A stretch of 63,572 bases of DNA, counting the filler. It is 3 parts of 3 records of this genome, joined end to end, with 100 filler letters (N's around TTAATTAATTAA, not from the genome) between each part and the next. Parts side by side here need not be neighbours in the genome. Positions count along the whole stretch, not along the records: positions 35,532 to 63,572 come from SRR20825010_1429; 2 more parts are not named here. One strand, given 5' to 3'. Both the position numbers and the translations under genes were made by a program. The notes below the pieces were generated by a model. It ran no database searches, was not told where the DNA came from, and was given only the letters and a program-made list of their open reading frames with translations. Of this stretch, positions 39,082 through 47,954 are shown piece by piece (positions within the stretch are counted from its first letter, which is position 1; each line of letters starts with the position of its first letter).

Positions 39082-39972
39082 CTAGGTGGGTATCTCTGCC
39101 AATAAAACCTTCCACGCAGAGAACACATCCTTATTTTTTAACAACTCTTGGGCCCGTGCATGGAGTAAAGCTTCATCACCTGAACTCAATATGGATCTTA
39201 GATCCACATTAGTATCAACGTATTGCCTCACCTCTTCCTGGGAGGGCAATTTTTCTATGTTGCCCAACATACCCAAATCGTTGCCGGTAAGTATATTGCT
39301 CAACCTAATGTGTTCTGGGATTTGGTCAACCCCAATTCCTAAATTGGAAACCGGTTTGGGCACTTCAAACAATCCCATATTGGCCCTGCTGTACCAGTTG
39401 CCCCCCATCCGGGCTACTTGATCTATTTTAAATTGGTCAATTGCCCCATTTTCATCCAAAATATCGGCATCTACATGTATTTTCAACACTTCTGAAAAGA
39501 TAAGGTTACCTGCTCCGCCCTCCTTTCCCAAAGGTTCTACCTTAACGACCTTGCACTCAAACTGCACTGGTGATTCCGCCACCCTAAATGGTTTTACCAA
39601 ATCTGAAGGCAACATGGTTAACCCGGATTTGATAAATTCGTTCTCGCCCTCCATGTACTCCGTGCTAGCCAAGGACATTTGCTGCACCATATCATAGTTC
39701 ACTACATTAATGACCACTTCCCTATTTTTAAGCACATTCTCCAAGGTATGTTTAGTGCTATTGTCCCTCACCCTACGGGAAGGAGAAAATATTAAAATAG
39801 GAGGATTGGAACCAAAGACATTGAAAAAACTAAAAGGTGATAAATTAGGTCTGTTCCTATCATCAATAGTACTGGCAAAAGCAATGGGTCTTGGTCCAAC
39901 GGCACCCAATAAATACCCATGCAATTTAGCTGTAGGTACTTCTGAAGCCGTGATGGAAACCATTTTTTTCAT
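39082..39972 (-). CDS. Flavin reductase family (DIM6/NTAB) protein
   Basis: PRPIAFAST, NLSPFSFFN and ESPVQFEC motifs. Confidence 0.88.
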   Translation of the reverse strand: MKKMVSITASEVPTAKLHGYLLGAVGPRPIAFASTIDDRNRPNLSPFSFFNVFGSNPPILIFSPSRRVRDNSTKHTLENVLKNREVVINVVNYDMVQQMSLASTEYMEGENEFIKSGLTMLPSDLVKPFRVAESPVQFECKVVKVEPLGKEGGAGNLIFSEVLKIHVDADILDENGAIDQFKIDQVARMGGNWYSRANMGLFEVPKPVSNLGIGVDQIPEHIRLSNILTGNDLGMLGNIEKLPSQEEVRQYVDTNVDLRSILSSGDEALLHARAQELLKNKDVFSAWKVLLAEIPT

Positions 39973-40081
39973 AGCGGATAAAGGTACATAAAATGTAGGC
40001 AAAATGAAATAAAGTGGCAGATATCAAAATAGAATATCTTTGTCCAAATTGCGTTATATTTAAGTATAATTTTATAGATGG

Positions 40082-41230
40082 ATGGATTTTAGTCCTAAAA
40101 AGAAAACTTCGAACCTTCTGTTATTAATAGCATCCTTTGCTATTGTGAGCTTAATACTGTGGAACACCAACAGTTTTTTCAAGAAGTTTAAGGAAGAAGA
40201 GCGCCATAAAATGGAAATTTGGGCCACGGCACAATCCGAATTTTTATCCCTCCCCGTTGACGCCGACCCAGGTAATCTGCACATCAAAATATTTCAGAAC
40301 AACACTTCCACTCCAATGATACTGGTAAACAAGGACAGTACCATAAAAGTGAACAATATGCCGGGAATCCAGAAAACGGACACTGCTTTTATCCACGGAA
40401 AAATTAACAAATTCAAGTCGGAAAACAAACCTATCTCCATTGAGTACAAGGGAGAAAATTTGGCCACCCTTTATTACGGGAATTCCGAAGTACTCACCAA
40501 GTTAAAGTATTACCCCATTGCCCTTTTGTTGATCATCTTCCTTTTTGGAACGGTAATCTATTTTTTGTTCAAGACCAATAAAACCTCTGAGCAGAATAAA
40601 CTTTGGGCCGGAATGGCCAAAGAAACGGCCCACCAGATAGGAACCCCCCTTTCCTCGCTCTTGGGATGGAACGAATTATTGAGGTCCGAAAATATTAATC
40701 CAGAAATTACCAAGGAAATAGACAAGGATATAAACCGATTGGAAACCATAACGGAACGTTTTTCAAAAATTGGCTCCCTGCCCATCCTTAACGAATACGA
40801 CATTGTTGAAGAGACAAAAAATGCATTTGATTATTTAAAATTAAGGAGTTCCAAACTCATTCAGTTTTCGTTTAATTCACAAGTGGACCATGTACCTGTG
40901 CTTTTAAACAAGGCTTTGTACAATTGGACCATTGAAAATTTGGTGAAGAACGGTATAGACGCCATGAGGGGCAAGGGAAGTATTGCCATTGAAATAGTTC
41001 CAAACGGCAACTGGGTAAAGGTCTTAATTTCAGATACAGGCAGTGGTATCCCAAAAAAGAATTTTCAGACCATATTTAATCCAGGGGTCACCTCTAAAAA
41101 AAGGGGATGGGGCTTAGGGCTTTCCTTGGTAAAAAGAATTGTAGAAGAATACCACAAAGGCAAAATTAAAGTACTGAACTCCACAAAGGACGGTACTATA
41201 ATGCAAATTACATTTAAAGTTAAAAATTAA
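40082..41230 (+). CDS. Sensor histidine kinase
   Basis: Two TMs, ETAHQIGTP, KNGIDAM and GWGLGL. Confidence 0.92.
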   Translation: MDFSPKKKTSNLLLLIASFAIVSLILWNTNSFFKKFKEEERHKMEIWATAQSEFLSLPVDADPGNLHIKIFQNNTSTPMILVNKDSTIKVNNMPGIQKTDTAFIHGKINKFKSENKPISIEYKGENLATLYYGNSEVLTKLKYYPIALLLIIFLFGTVIYFLFKTNKTSEQNKLWAGMAKETAHQIGTPLSSLLGWNELLRSENINPEITKEIDKDINRLETITERFSKIGSLPILNEYDIVEETKNAFDYLKLRSSKLIQFSFNSQVDHVPVLLNKALYNWTIENLVKNGIDAMRGKGSIAIEIVPNGNWVKVLISDTGSGIPKKNFQTIFNPGVTSKKRGWGLGLSLVKRIVEEYHKGKIKVLNSTKDGTIMQITFKVKN

Positions 41231-41234
41231 GGTG

Positions 41235-41585
41235 ATGGCAAAGGAGAAATTAGTTGTAATTAAGGAAGCGGATTTAACCAACAATTGTCCCGAATGTTTT
41301 AATCAGGAATTGAAGTTGACCTTTTATCAAAGACATACCTATGGTAAACTTTATGACAGGACCACCAAGGACATCACTCACGAAATTAAATGCAAGAAAT
41401 GCGGTTCCATGATCTATCCGGTAACCTGGACCGAGGACATAGAACGGGTTTATGATTATTACCAAAAAATGATTGCCCCAGACCGTGCCTCCATACGTTT
41501 TACTACACTGTTTTATATTTTAACACTTCTACTCGTAATAGTAGTTGCCGCCGGGGTATATATTGTCTTGGAAGGGATTATATAA
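41235..41585 (+). CDS. Hypothetical Zn-ribbon protein with C-terminal TM
   Basis: CPEC and CKKC pairs; hydrophobic C-terminus. Confidence 0.7.
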   Translation: MAKEKLVVIKEADLTNNCPECFNQELKLTFYQRHTYGKLYDRTTKDITHEIKCKKCGSMIYPVTWTEDIERVYDYYQKMIAPDRASIRFTTLFYILTLLLVIVVAAGVYIVLEGII

Positions 41586-41970
41586 TATTGGCCTTAATTT
41601 TTTCCGCTATAGCCGTAAAATCCTTTGGCGTCAACGAAGCTTTATGCTGAAAAGTGGCATCCTTCATTCCGTTCAAAGGAATTAAATGTACATGCACGTG
41701 GGGAACTTCCAAACCTATTACGGTTAGACCTACTCTATTGCAAGGTACACTAGCTTCAATGGCCAAGCCTATTTTTCGGGAAAAGGCCATTAGCCCCAGA
41801 TAGGTTTCCTCATCCAGGTCCAAAAGTTTGTCCACCTCTTTTTTGGGGACACATAAAGTATGCCCCAGTGCATTGGGATTAATATCCAAAAAGGCATAAT
41901 AATTATCGTCTTCGGCAATTTTATAGGACGGGATTTCCCCGTTTATAATTCTCGTAAAAATTGATGACAT
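41578..41970 (-). CDS. HIT family protein
   Basis: HVHVHLIP histidine triad. Confidence 0.95.
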   Translation of the reverse strand: MSSIFTRIINGEIPSYKIAEDDNYYAFLDINPNALGHTLCVPKKEVDKLLDLDEETYLGLMAFSRKIGLAIEASVPCNRVGLTVIGLEVPHVHVHLIPLNGMKDATFQHKASLTPKDFTAIAEKIKANII

Positions 41971-42150
41971 ATATCTGAACTTAAATCAAATTAAAAGATA
42001 GTACAAATATTTTAAACCATACCTAACTACCTATACATTGTATGCTTTAAAGCGCCTTGCCCCAACAATGAAATTAAATACAAGCGCATTAAAAAACAAA
42101 GACCTCAACTGAAAAAATCAATTGAGGCCCTATTTAATTTTTAATATGTT

Positions 42151-42624
42151 CTATCTGGAAATTTCCAAAATTTCAAATTTCAATGTTCCATTGGGAACGG
42201 TGATTTCTGCAGTTTCCCCTACTTTTTTGCCCAACAGCCCCTTACCTATGGGCGAACTCACCGAAATTTTTGCCGTCTTTAAATCAGCTTCACTTTCTGC
42301 CACAAGGGTATATTTCATTTCCATTCCGTTATTCATGTTCTTCAGTTTAACGGTAGACAGCACCAGCACCTTGGAGGTGTCCAGTTGCGATTCATCTATT
42401 AACCTTGCATTGGCCAAAGTCTCTTCCATCTTGGAAATTTTCATCTCCAACAAACCTTGTGCCTCCTTGGCGGCATCATACTCGGCATTTTCAGACAAAT
42501 CCCCTTTATCCCTGGCCTCTCCAATTGCTTGCGACGCTTTTGGACGCTCAACATCCTTAAGATAATTAAGTTCATCTCTCAATTTTTTTAGCCCCTCTGC
42601 TGTATAATAAGATACCTTACTCAT
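42151..42624 (-). CDS. greA: Transcription elongation factor GreA
   Basis: GDLSENAEY and SPIGKGLLGK motifs. Confidence 0.98.
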   Translation of the reverse strand: MSKVSYYTAEGLKKLRDELNYLKDVERPKASQAIGEARDKGDLSENAEYDAAKEAQGLLEMKISKMEETLANARLIDESQLDTSKVLVLSTVKLKNMNNGMEMKYTLVAESEADLKTAKISVSSPIGKGLLGKKVGETAEITVPNGTLKFEILEISR

Positions 42625-42735
42625 AAGTTCTACATTAAATAAATAGGAAAATCCTCTTTTTTTAAAGAGGATTTAAGACAAATATACATAAATTTTGTTC
42701 AATTTTGTTTAAGTTATTTAAATAGGCACAGCGGT

Positions 42736-43173
42736 ATGAAACGCATATTGGGATTATTATTTTTATTTTTTTTATTGTCCTGCGACAAGAACTCCACCAA
42801 TAGAAATCCGTACCTACAGGAAATTAGCTTTAGGTTTGATCTTAATCTTAACCTACCCCTATACAGTTCATTGACCAATACAGGTAGCGCCGTATATGTG
42901 GGAAACGCCGCAGTAGGTACCCGAGGTGCATTTGTCATCAATACCGGATTTAATTCGTATATGGCCTGGGAAGCCAGTTGCCCCAACCATGCCCCCAACG
43001 ACTGTTCCACAATGTCATTAAATGGACAGCTGGTTACCTGCTCCTGTGAAGGCTATGAATACAATTTGTTTACCGGACAATTAATGAACAGACCGGAGGA
43101 CGGCAAGACCTATCACGACCTACTTTTTTACCGCGCCACCTATAGCGGCAATTCCGTAATCATCTCCAATTAA
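42736..43173 (+). CDS. Lipoprotein with degenerate Rieske-like domain
   Basis: Lipobox LLS-C; SCPNH...CSCEGYEY. Confidence 0.65.
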   Translation: MKRILGLLFLFFLLSCDKNSTNRNPYLQEISFRFDLNLNLPLYSSLTNTGSAVYVGNAAVGTRGAFVINTGFNSYMAWEASCPNHAPNDCSTMSLNGQLVTCSCEGYEYNLFTGQLMNRPEDGKTYHDLLFYRATYSGNSVIISN

Positions 43174-43179
43174 CAACCC

Positions 43180-44169
43180 TTAGATCTGACCTAATATTTT
43201 GTCCATTATCCAGCTGGTATGCAATCCCGACTTTCCAGTTGAAGGATGCTCCCTGTTTTCCAACATATGCGCCCGTATGTTTTCCACATGGAATTGCTGC
43301 ACGTGCTTAGGATGATCAATAAAGAGATTTTGAGTACCCTTTTCATTGCTTAGGACGACATCCCCTTCATCAAACACGGGAAAGGATATTTTACCGGTAC
43401 TGCCTATAATCTCCACATTATCCACCCTTTCATAAGTGCCAAAATTCCAACTGCCTTCGCCAGTAACTCCATTTTTGTATATCCAACAAGCAGCGATGGC
43501 ATCTTTTGCGGTATATAATTTTTGCTGATTTGTACTTACCCCAAAGGCATTTTCAATATCCCCAAGATAAAACGAAAACAAGTCCAACCCATGGCTGGCC
43601 AAATCATCAAAATAACCCCCAGGTGCAATTTCACCATCAGTCCTCCAATTGTATGTTTTGTCAAGATCTTCCGTACTTGGAGGTTTGGACAGATGCCAAC
43701 GGATATGTCTTACAGCTCCAATCTCACCCTTATCCAACCATTCCTTAATTTTTAAAAACCTTGGCAAGGAGCGCCTATAATACGCCACAAAAAGTGGCAA
43801 TTTTCTTTCACTAAAAACATTGTATATCTCCAAACTGTCCGCATAGCTTGGTGCCATGGGCTTCTCTACGCAGCAAGGCTTCCCGGCCTCAGCCACCATT
43901 AAGGCATAATGTTTATGGGTGTCCGGGGGTGTAGCAATGTACACCGCATCTACCTCTGGATCCCCGATCAAGTCCTCTGCTTTTGAGTAAAATTTTGGAA
44001 CACCATGTCTTTTGGCATAGTCCTCCGCCTTTTCTTCATCCCTGCGCATAACGGCAATCAATTGAAAATCTTTGGTCTGTTGATAAGGTGGTCCGCTTTT
44101 TACCTCAGTAACCGCTCCACAACCAATTATTCCCCATCGCATTGGTTTCGCGTAATTAGTATTGTTCAT
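43180..44169 (-). CDS. Gfo/Idh/MocA oxidoreductase
   Basis: GIIGCG, EKP and DLASHGLD motifs. Confidence 0.92.
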   Translation of the reverse strand: MNNTNYAKPMRWGIIGCGAVTEVKSGPPYQQTKDFQLIAVMRRDEEKAEDYAKRHGVPKFYSKAEDLIGDPEVDAVYIATPPDTHKHYALMVAEAGKPCCVEKPMAPSYADSLEIYNVFSERKLPLFVAYYRRSLPRFLKIKEWLDKGEIGAVRHIRWHLSKPPSTEDLDKTYNWRTDGEIAPGGYFDDLASHGLDLFSFYLGDIENAFGVSTNQQKLYTAKDAIAACWIYKNGVTGEGSWNFGTYERVDNVEIIGSTGKISFPVFDEGDVVLSNEKGTQNLFIDHPKHVQQFHVENIRAHMLENREHPSTGKSGLHTSWIMDKILGQI

Positions 44170-44625
44170 TATTTAGAATTTTCAGGTTTTTGGTTATCTA
44201 CATGCATCACAAAAATAAGGGTTAAAATATGAATAAATCGGCCCAAATTCCCTGATTCATCATAAATATGTAAAGAATGTTCCAATATTATGAAAGATAA
44301 AATAATAAAGGACAATCTTCCAATTGAATCTATAAGAATACCGGCTAAAATATCTGGCAAGAAAGACAACATAAAGCATTTTTAATTAACCGGCCATCAT
44401 CAACTTCACAATTCTTAACTCTACTTAATGGTATTTTACCAATACTTAGGGTTGCTCTAAATTTTGGCAGATAAAATTGGAAAAAGACATAGTTTTTAAA
44501 TAGATTTATAAAAAAACGGGGTAACATTAAGAATACTTTAATGTACTTCTTAATAATTTAAGAACTGTTTTGTTAATCATAGACCAAATTCCAATTTATA
44601 ATATCACCCTTAAAACCTTAATAAA

Positions 44626-45222
44626 ATGAAAGCCAAAATAATTTGTACGTTTCTAATAGTGAATTTTATTACGTTAAACATGTTTGCACAAGACCCAGTA
44701 CTTAAAAGTGCTTTTAACGGAAAAAATCTGAAAGGGTGGGTTGTTCCTGAAAACAACATATGGTGGTCCGTGGAAAACGGAATATTACGGGCCAAAAGTG
44801 GTCCCGATAAAAAGGGATCTATTCTATGGACCGACAAGGAATATACCGATTTTGTAATAGAAACCGACTTCAGATATGATGAAGGAACGGTAGATACAGG
44901 GATTTTCCTCAGAAACGACAAAGAACAGATACAAATGGGGATTTCGGGCTCCTTAAAGCGTGATATGACCGGCTCTCCCTATATTGTAGGAAAAAAATAT
45001 CCCGTAGAAGCCCAAAACGTTAAGGAAATTCTAAAACCCAACGACTGGAATACCATAAAAGTGATAGCTATTGCAGGGTATTATGAAGTTTGGCTCAACA
45101 ACAAGCATGTCATGAGCTACACCTCCGACAGTTATGTTAAATCTGGACCCATAGGGTTGCAACTACATCCAAACACCGAAATGACCGCCAGCTTCCGTAA
45201 CATAAAGATTGGAAAAATGTAA
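44626..45222 (+). CDS. DUF1080 (3-keto-glycoside-processing) family secreted protein
   Basis: FNGKNLKGW, DWNT and GPIGLQLH...FRNIKI. Confidence 0.88.
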   Translation: MKAKIICTFLIVNFITLNMFAQDPVLKSAFNGKNLKGWVVPENNIWWSVENGILRAKSGPDKKGSILWTDKEYTDFVIETDFRYDEGTVDTGIFLRNDKEQIQMGISGSLKRDMTGSPYIVGKKYPVEAQNVKEILKPNDWNTIKVIAIAGYYEVWLNNKHVMSYTSDSYVKSGPIGLQLHPNTEMTASFRNIKIGKM

Positions 45223-45276
45223 TTGAATTATTAGCTCTAGGAACAAATTAATCTAATCAAATATCGACCAACAAGA

Positions 45277-46371
45277 ATGAACACAAGAACATTACTTCTT
45301 AAATCTGGTTTAAGCAGTGTTTTAGCCCTCTTATTTATGGTGTCCTGTAAACAGGCCAAGTCTGATAAAACGGCTGGGGCCAACATTCAACCCAAGGCAG
45401 AAAAAAGGATAAAACTGGTCCGCAACGACCAAGAAAAAAAGGTGGATGTATTTATAGATGACAATCTATTTACCTCCTACATCTACCCTACCAATATTAA
45501 AAAACCCGTGCTATATCCTTTGGTCACCCCAAAGGGCACCAAGATTACCAGAAAATATCCCCTAGAGCCATCTGTGGGGGAAAGAGTGGACCATCCGCAT
45601 CACGTAGGGGTCTGGTTTAATTACGGCGATGTTAACGGATTGGATTTTTGGAACAATTCAGATTCCATTAAAGTAGAAAAGAGAGGAAGTTACGGTACTA
45701 TTCTTCACAAGGAAATACTGGGCATGGAAGACGGTAATGAGGAAGCAAGCCTAAAGGTTTCCATGGATTGGGTTTCCAACGAAGGAAAAGTATTGCTTAA
45801 AGAAAACACCACATTTATTTTTAGGGGCGATCACGATGAATATTCCATAGATCGCATCACCAGGCTTTCTGCCCCCAACGAAAAAGTAATTTTCAAGGAC
45901 AATAAGGAAGGGGTCCTCGGCATTCGGGTTACACGCGAATTGGAACATCCCTCCGACAAGCCCGATATTTTTACCGATTCCAATGGAATCCCTACCGGTG
46001 TCCCTGTACTAAATAATGAAGGTGTTAATGGAAATTACATTAATAGTGAAAATATTGAAGGGAACGACTGTTGGGGAAAAAGATCGAATTGGGTAAATTT
46101 AAGATCCAACATTGGTGATGAAAAAATTTCCCTTGCCATCTTGGACCATACTTCCAATGCCGGCTATCCAACCTATTGGCACACCCGCGGCTATGGCCTT
46201 TTTGCTGCCAATCCCCTAGGACAGGAAGTCTTTAGCGATGGAAAGGAAGCCTTAAACCTAAGCCTGGACCAAGGTGAGGAAGTTACCTTTAGACATAGAA
46301 TTATAGTAGCTAGTAAGAATTTGGAAAAGGCCGAGCTTGATGCGGAATTTGACAAATTTTCAGCACAATAA
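45277..46371 (+). CDS. DUF6807-like ('PmoA family') lipoprotein
   Basis: Lipobox MVS-C; KPVLYP, DHPHH, DFWN and WHTRGYGLFAANP. Confidence 0.75.
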   Translation: MNTRTLLLKSGLSSVLALLFMVSCKQAKSDKTAGANIQPKAEKRIKLVRNDQEKKVDVFIDDNLFTSYIYPTNIKKPVLYPLVTPKGTKITRKYPLEPSVGERVDHPHHVGVWFNYGDVNGLDFWNNSDSIKVEKRGSYGTILHKEILGMEDGNEEASLKVSMDWVSNEGKVLLKENTTFIFRGDHDEYSIDRITRLSAPNEKVIFKDNKEGVLGIRVTRELEHPSDKPDIFTDSNGIPTGVPVLNNEGVNGNYINSENIEGNDCWGKRSNWVNLRSNIGDEKISLAILDHTSNAGYPTYWHTRGYGLFAANPLGQEVFSDGKEALNLSLDQGEEVTFRHRIIVASKNLEKAELDAEFDKFSAQ

Positions 46372-46428
46372 ATTGCTGCACGTCTTATCAAAAAAAATAA
46401 TCATCAATACCATTAATAAAACTTAAAT

Positions 46429-47805
46429 ATGGACAACAGAAGAGACTTTATTAAAAAAACTACCCTTGCCAGTACAGGCGTTGTTGTGGGGGCATCTGCC
46501 TTTTCCGCAAAATCTTACGGGAACATTATGGGTGCCAACGACCGTGTGGTCCTAGGGTCTATTGGTGTCAGGGGTCGTGGAAGTAATTTGTTGGAAAATT
46601 TTTCCGAGATGTACAATGATGGAGTACATATTAAAACCGTTTGCGATGTGGATTCGGCCGTTTTGGGCGACAATGTAAAAATGGCTGCCAAAAACCAAAA
46701 AGGCAACAAACCAGGTACGGAGGAAGATATGCGCCGTGTATTTGAGGACAAGGAAATAGACGCCGTAGTAGTAGCAGTTCCCAATCATTGGCACGCACTG
46801 GCCACCATCTGGGCCTGTCAGGCCGGAAAACATGTATATGTTGAAAAACCTAGTTCCCACAATGTATGGGAGGGAAGAAAAATGGTAGAGGCCGCACGAA
46901 AATACAATCGGGTAGTCCAGGTAGGATTCCAAAACAGATCCATAAGCAATGTTATGCAGGCTATGGATTTCTTACATCGTGGTGGTATTGGGGAAGTATT
47001 TTTATCCCGAGGCACATGTTTTAAACCCAGGGATTCTTTTGGAATTACCCCAGATAGTGTATCACCTTCAACCTTGAACTACGATCTTTGGCTGGGCCCG
47101 GCCACCTATAGGCCTTATAATGAAAAAAAGGGACACTATAATTGGCACTGGCACTGGGATACCGGCAATGGCGACACAGGCAACCAAGGGCCACACCAAT
47201 TTGATATTGCCCGATGGGGCCTGAATAAAAAAATACATCCGGTAAAGGTTCAGTCTATGGGAGGTATTTTTGGATTTACACCACAGGAATGTTCGCAGGA
47301 AACACCAAACACCCAAACTTCCGTATTTGAGTATGGGGACGGAAAAATATTGGAATTTGAAACCAGGGGCAGATACACCAACCATGAGGCCAATTTAGGA
47401 GTGAAAATTGGTAATATGTTTTACGGAACGGAAGGTTGGATGGAAGTAAACGGATCTACCTGGAAAGCATACAAAGGCAAGGAGACCGAACCTTTTGCAG
47501 GTTCTGAAATGGCCGGAAGTGCTGCCGTTGGTGGTGACACCTCCTTTTTGACCGCCCCCGATAGCAAGGGACATTATGGCAATTTTATAGACGGGGTACG
47601 CTCAGGAAACCATCATGATTTAAATTGCGATATAGAGACAGGGCATATGTCCACAGTGCTGCCATTGATAGCAAATATTGCCCTGAGGGTCGGGGAAACC
47701 TTAAAATTTAATGGGGAGTTCGAGAAATTTATAAACAATGAAGAAGCCGATCTTATGCTTACCAGAAAGTACAGATATCCCTATATAGTGCCGGAAAATG
47801 TATAA
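46429..47805 (+). CDS. Tat-exported Gfo/Idh/MocA oxidoreductase
   Basis: NRRDFIK Tat motif; PNHWH, YVEKP and WLGPA. Confidence 0.92.
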   Translation: MDNRRDFIKKTTLASTGVVVGASAFSAKSYGNIMGANDRVVLGSIGVRGRGSNLLENFSEMYNDGVHIKTVCDVDSAVLGDNVKMAAKNQKGNKPGTEEDMRRVFEDKEIDAVVVAVPNHWHALATIWACQAGKHVYVEKPSSHNVWEGRKMVEAARKYNRVVQVGFQNRSISNVMQAMDFLHRGGIGEVFLSRGTCFKPRDSFGITPDSVSPSTLNYDLWLGPATYRPYNEKKGHYNWHWHWDTGNGDTGNQGPHQFDIARWGLNKKIHPVKVQSMGGIFGFTPQECSQETPNTQTSVFEYGDGKILEFETRGRYTNHEANLGVKIGNMFYGTEGWMEVNGSTWKAYKGKETEPFAGSEMAGSAAVGGDTSFLTAPDSKGHYGNFIDGVRSGNHHDLNCDIETGHMSTVLPLIANIALRVGETLKFNGEFEKFINNEEADLMLTRKYRYPYIVPENV

Positions 47806-47883
47806 TAGTCACGAACTTCTTTTATAGAAATAAATCCTATTTAATTTAATAATACTAATCTTGGGCGTATTATTAAAAATGAA

Positions 47884-47925
47884 AAAACCCCGATGTTGGT
47901 ACAATTGAACCAACATCGGGGTTTT
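47884..47925. terminator. Bidirectional intrinsic terminator
   Basis: AAAACCCCGATGTTGGT...ACCAACATCGGGGTTTT. Confidence 0.88.
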
Positions 47926-47954
47926 AAGTTTCCAAATAAAGCGGTAGACCTCCC

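Noticed and set aside
44170-44625. AT-rich gap with 60-75 aa ORFs
   Set aside because: No motifs or convincing RNA structure; best read as a divergent promoter region.
45277-46371. Methane monooxygenase reading of the 'PmoA family' label
   Set aside because: A soluble lipoprotein without pmoB/pmoC or multiple TM helices.
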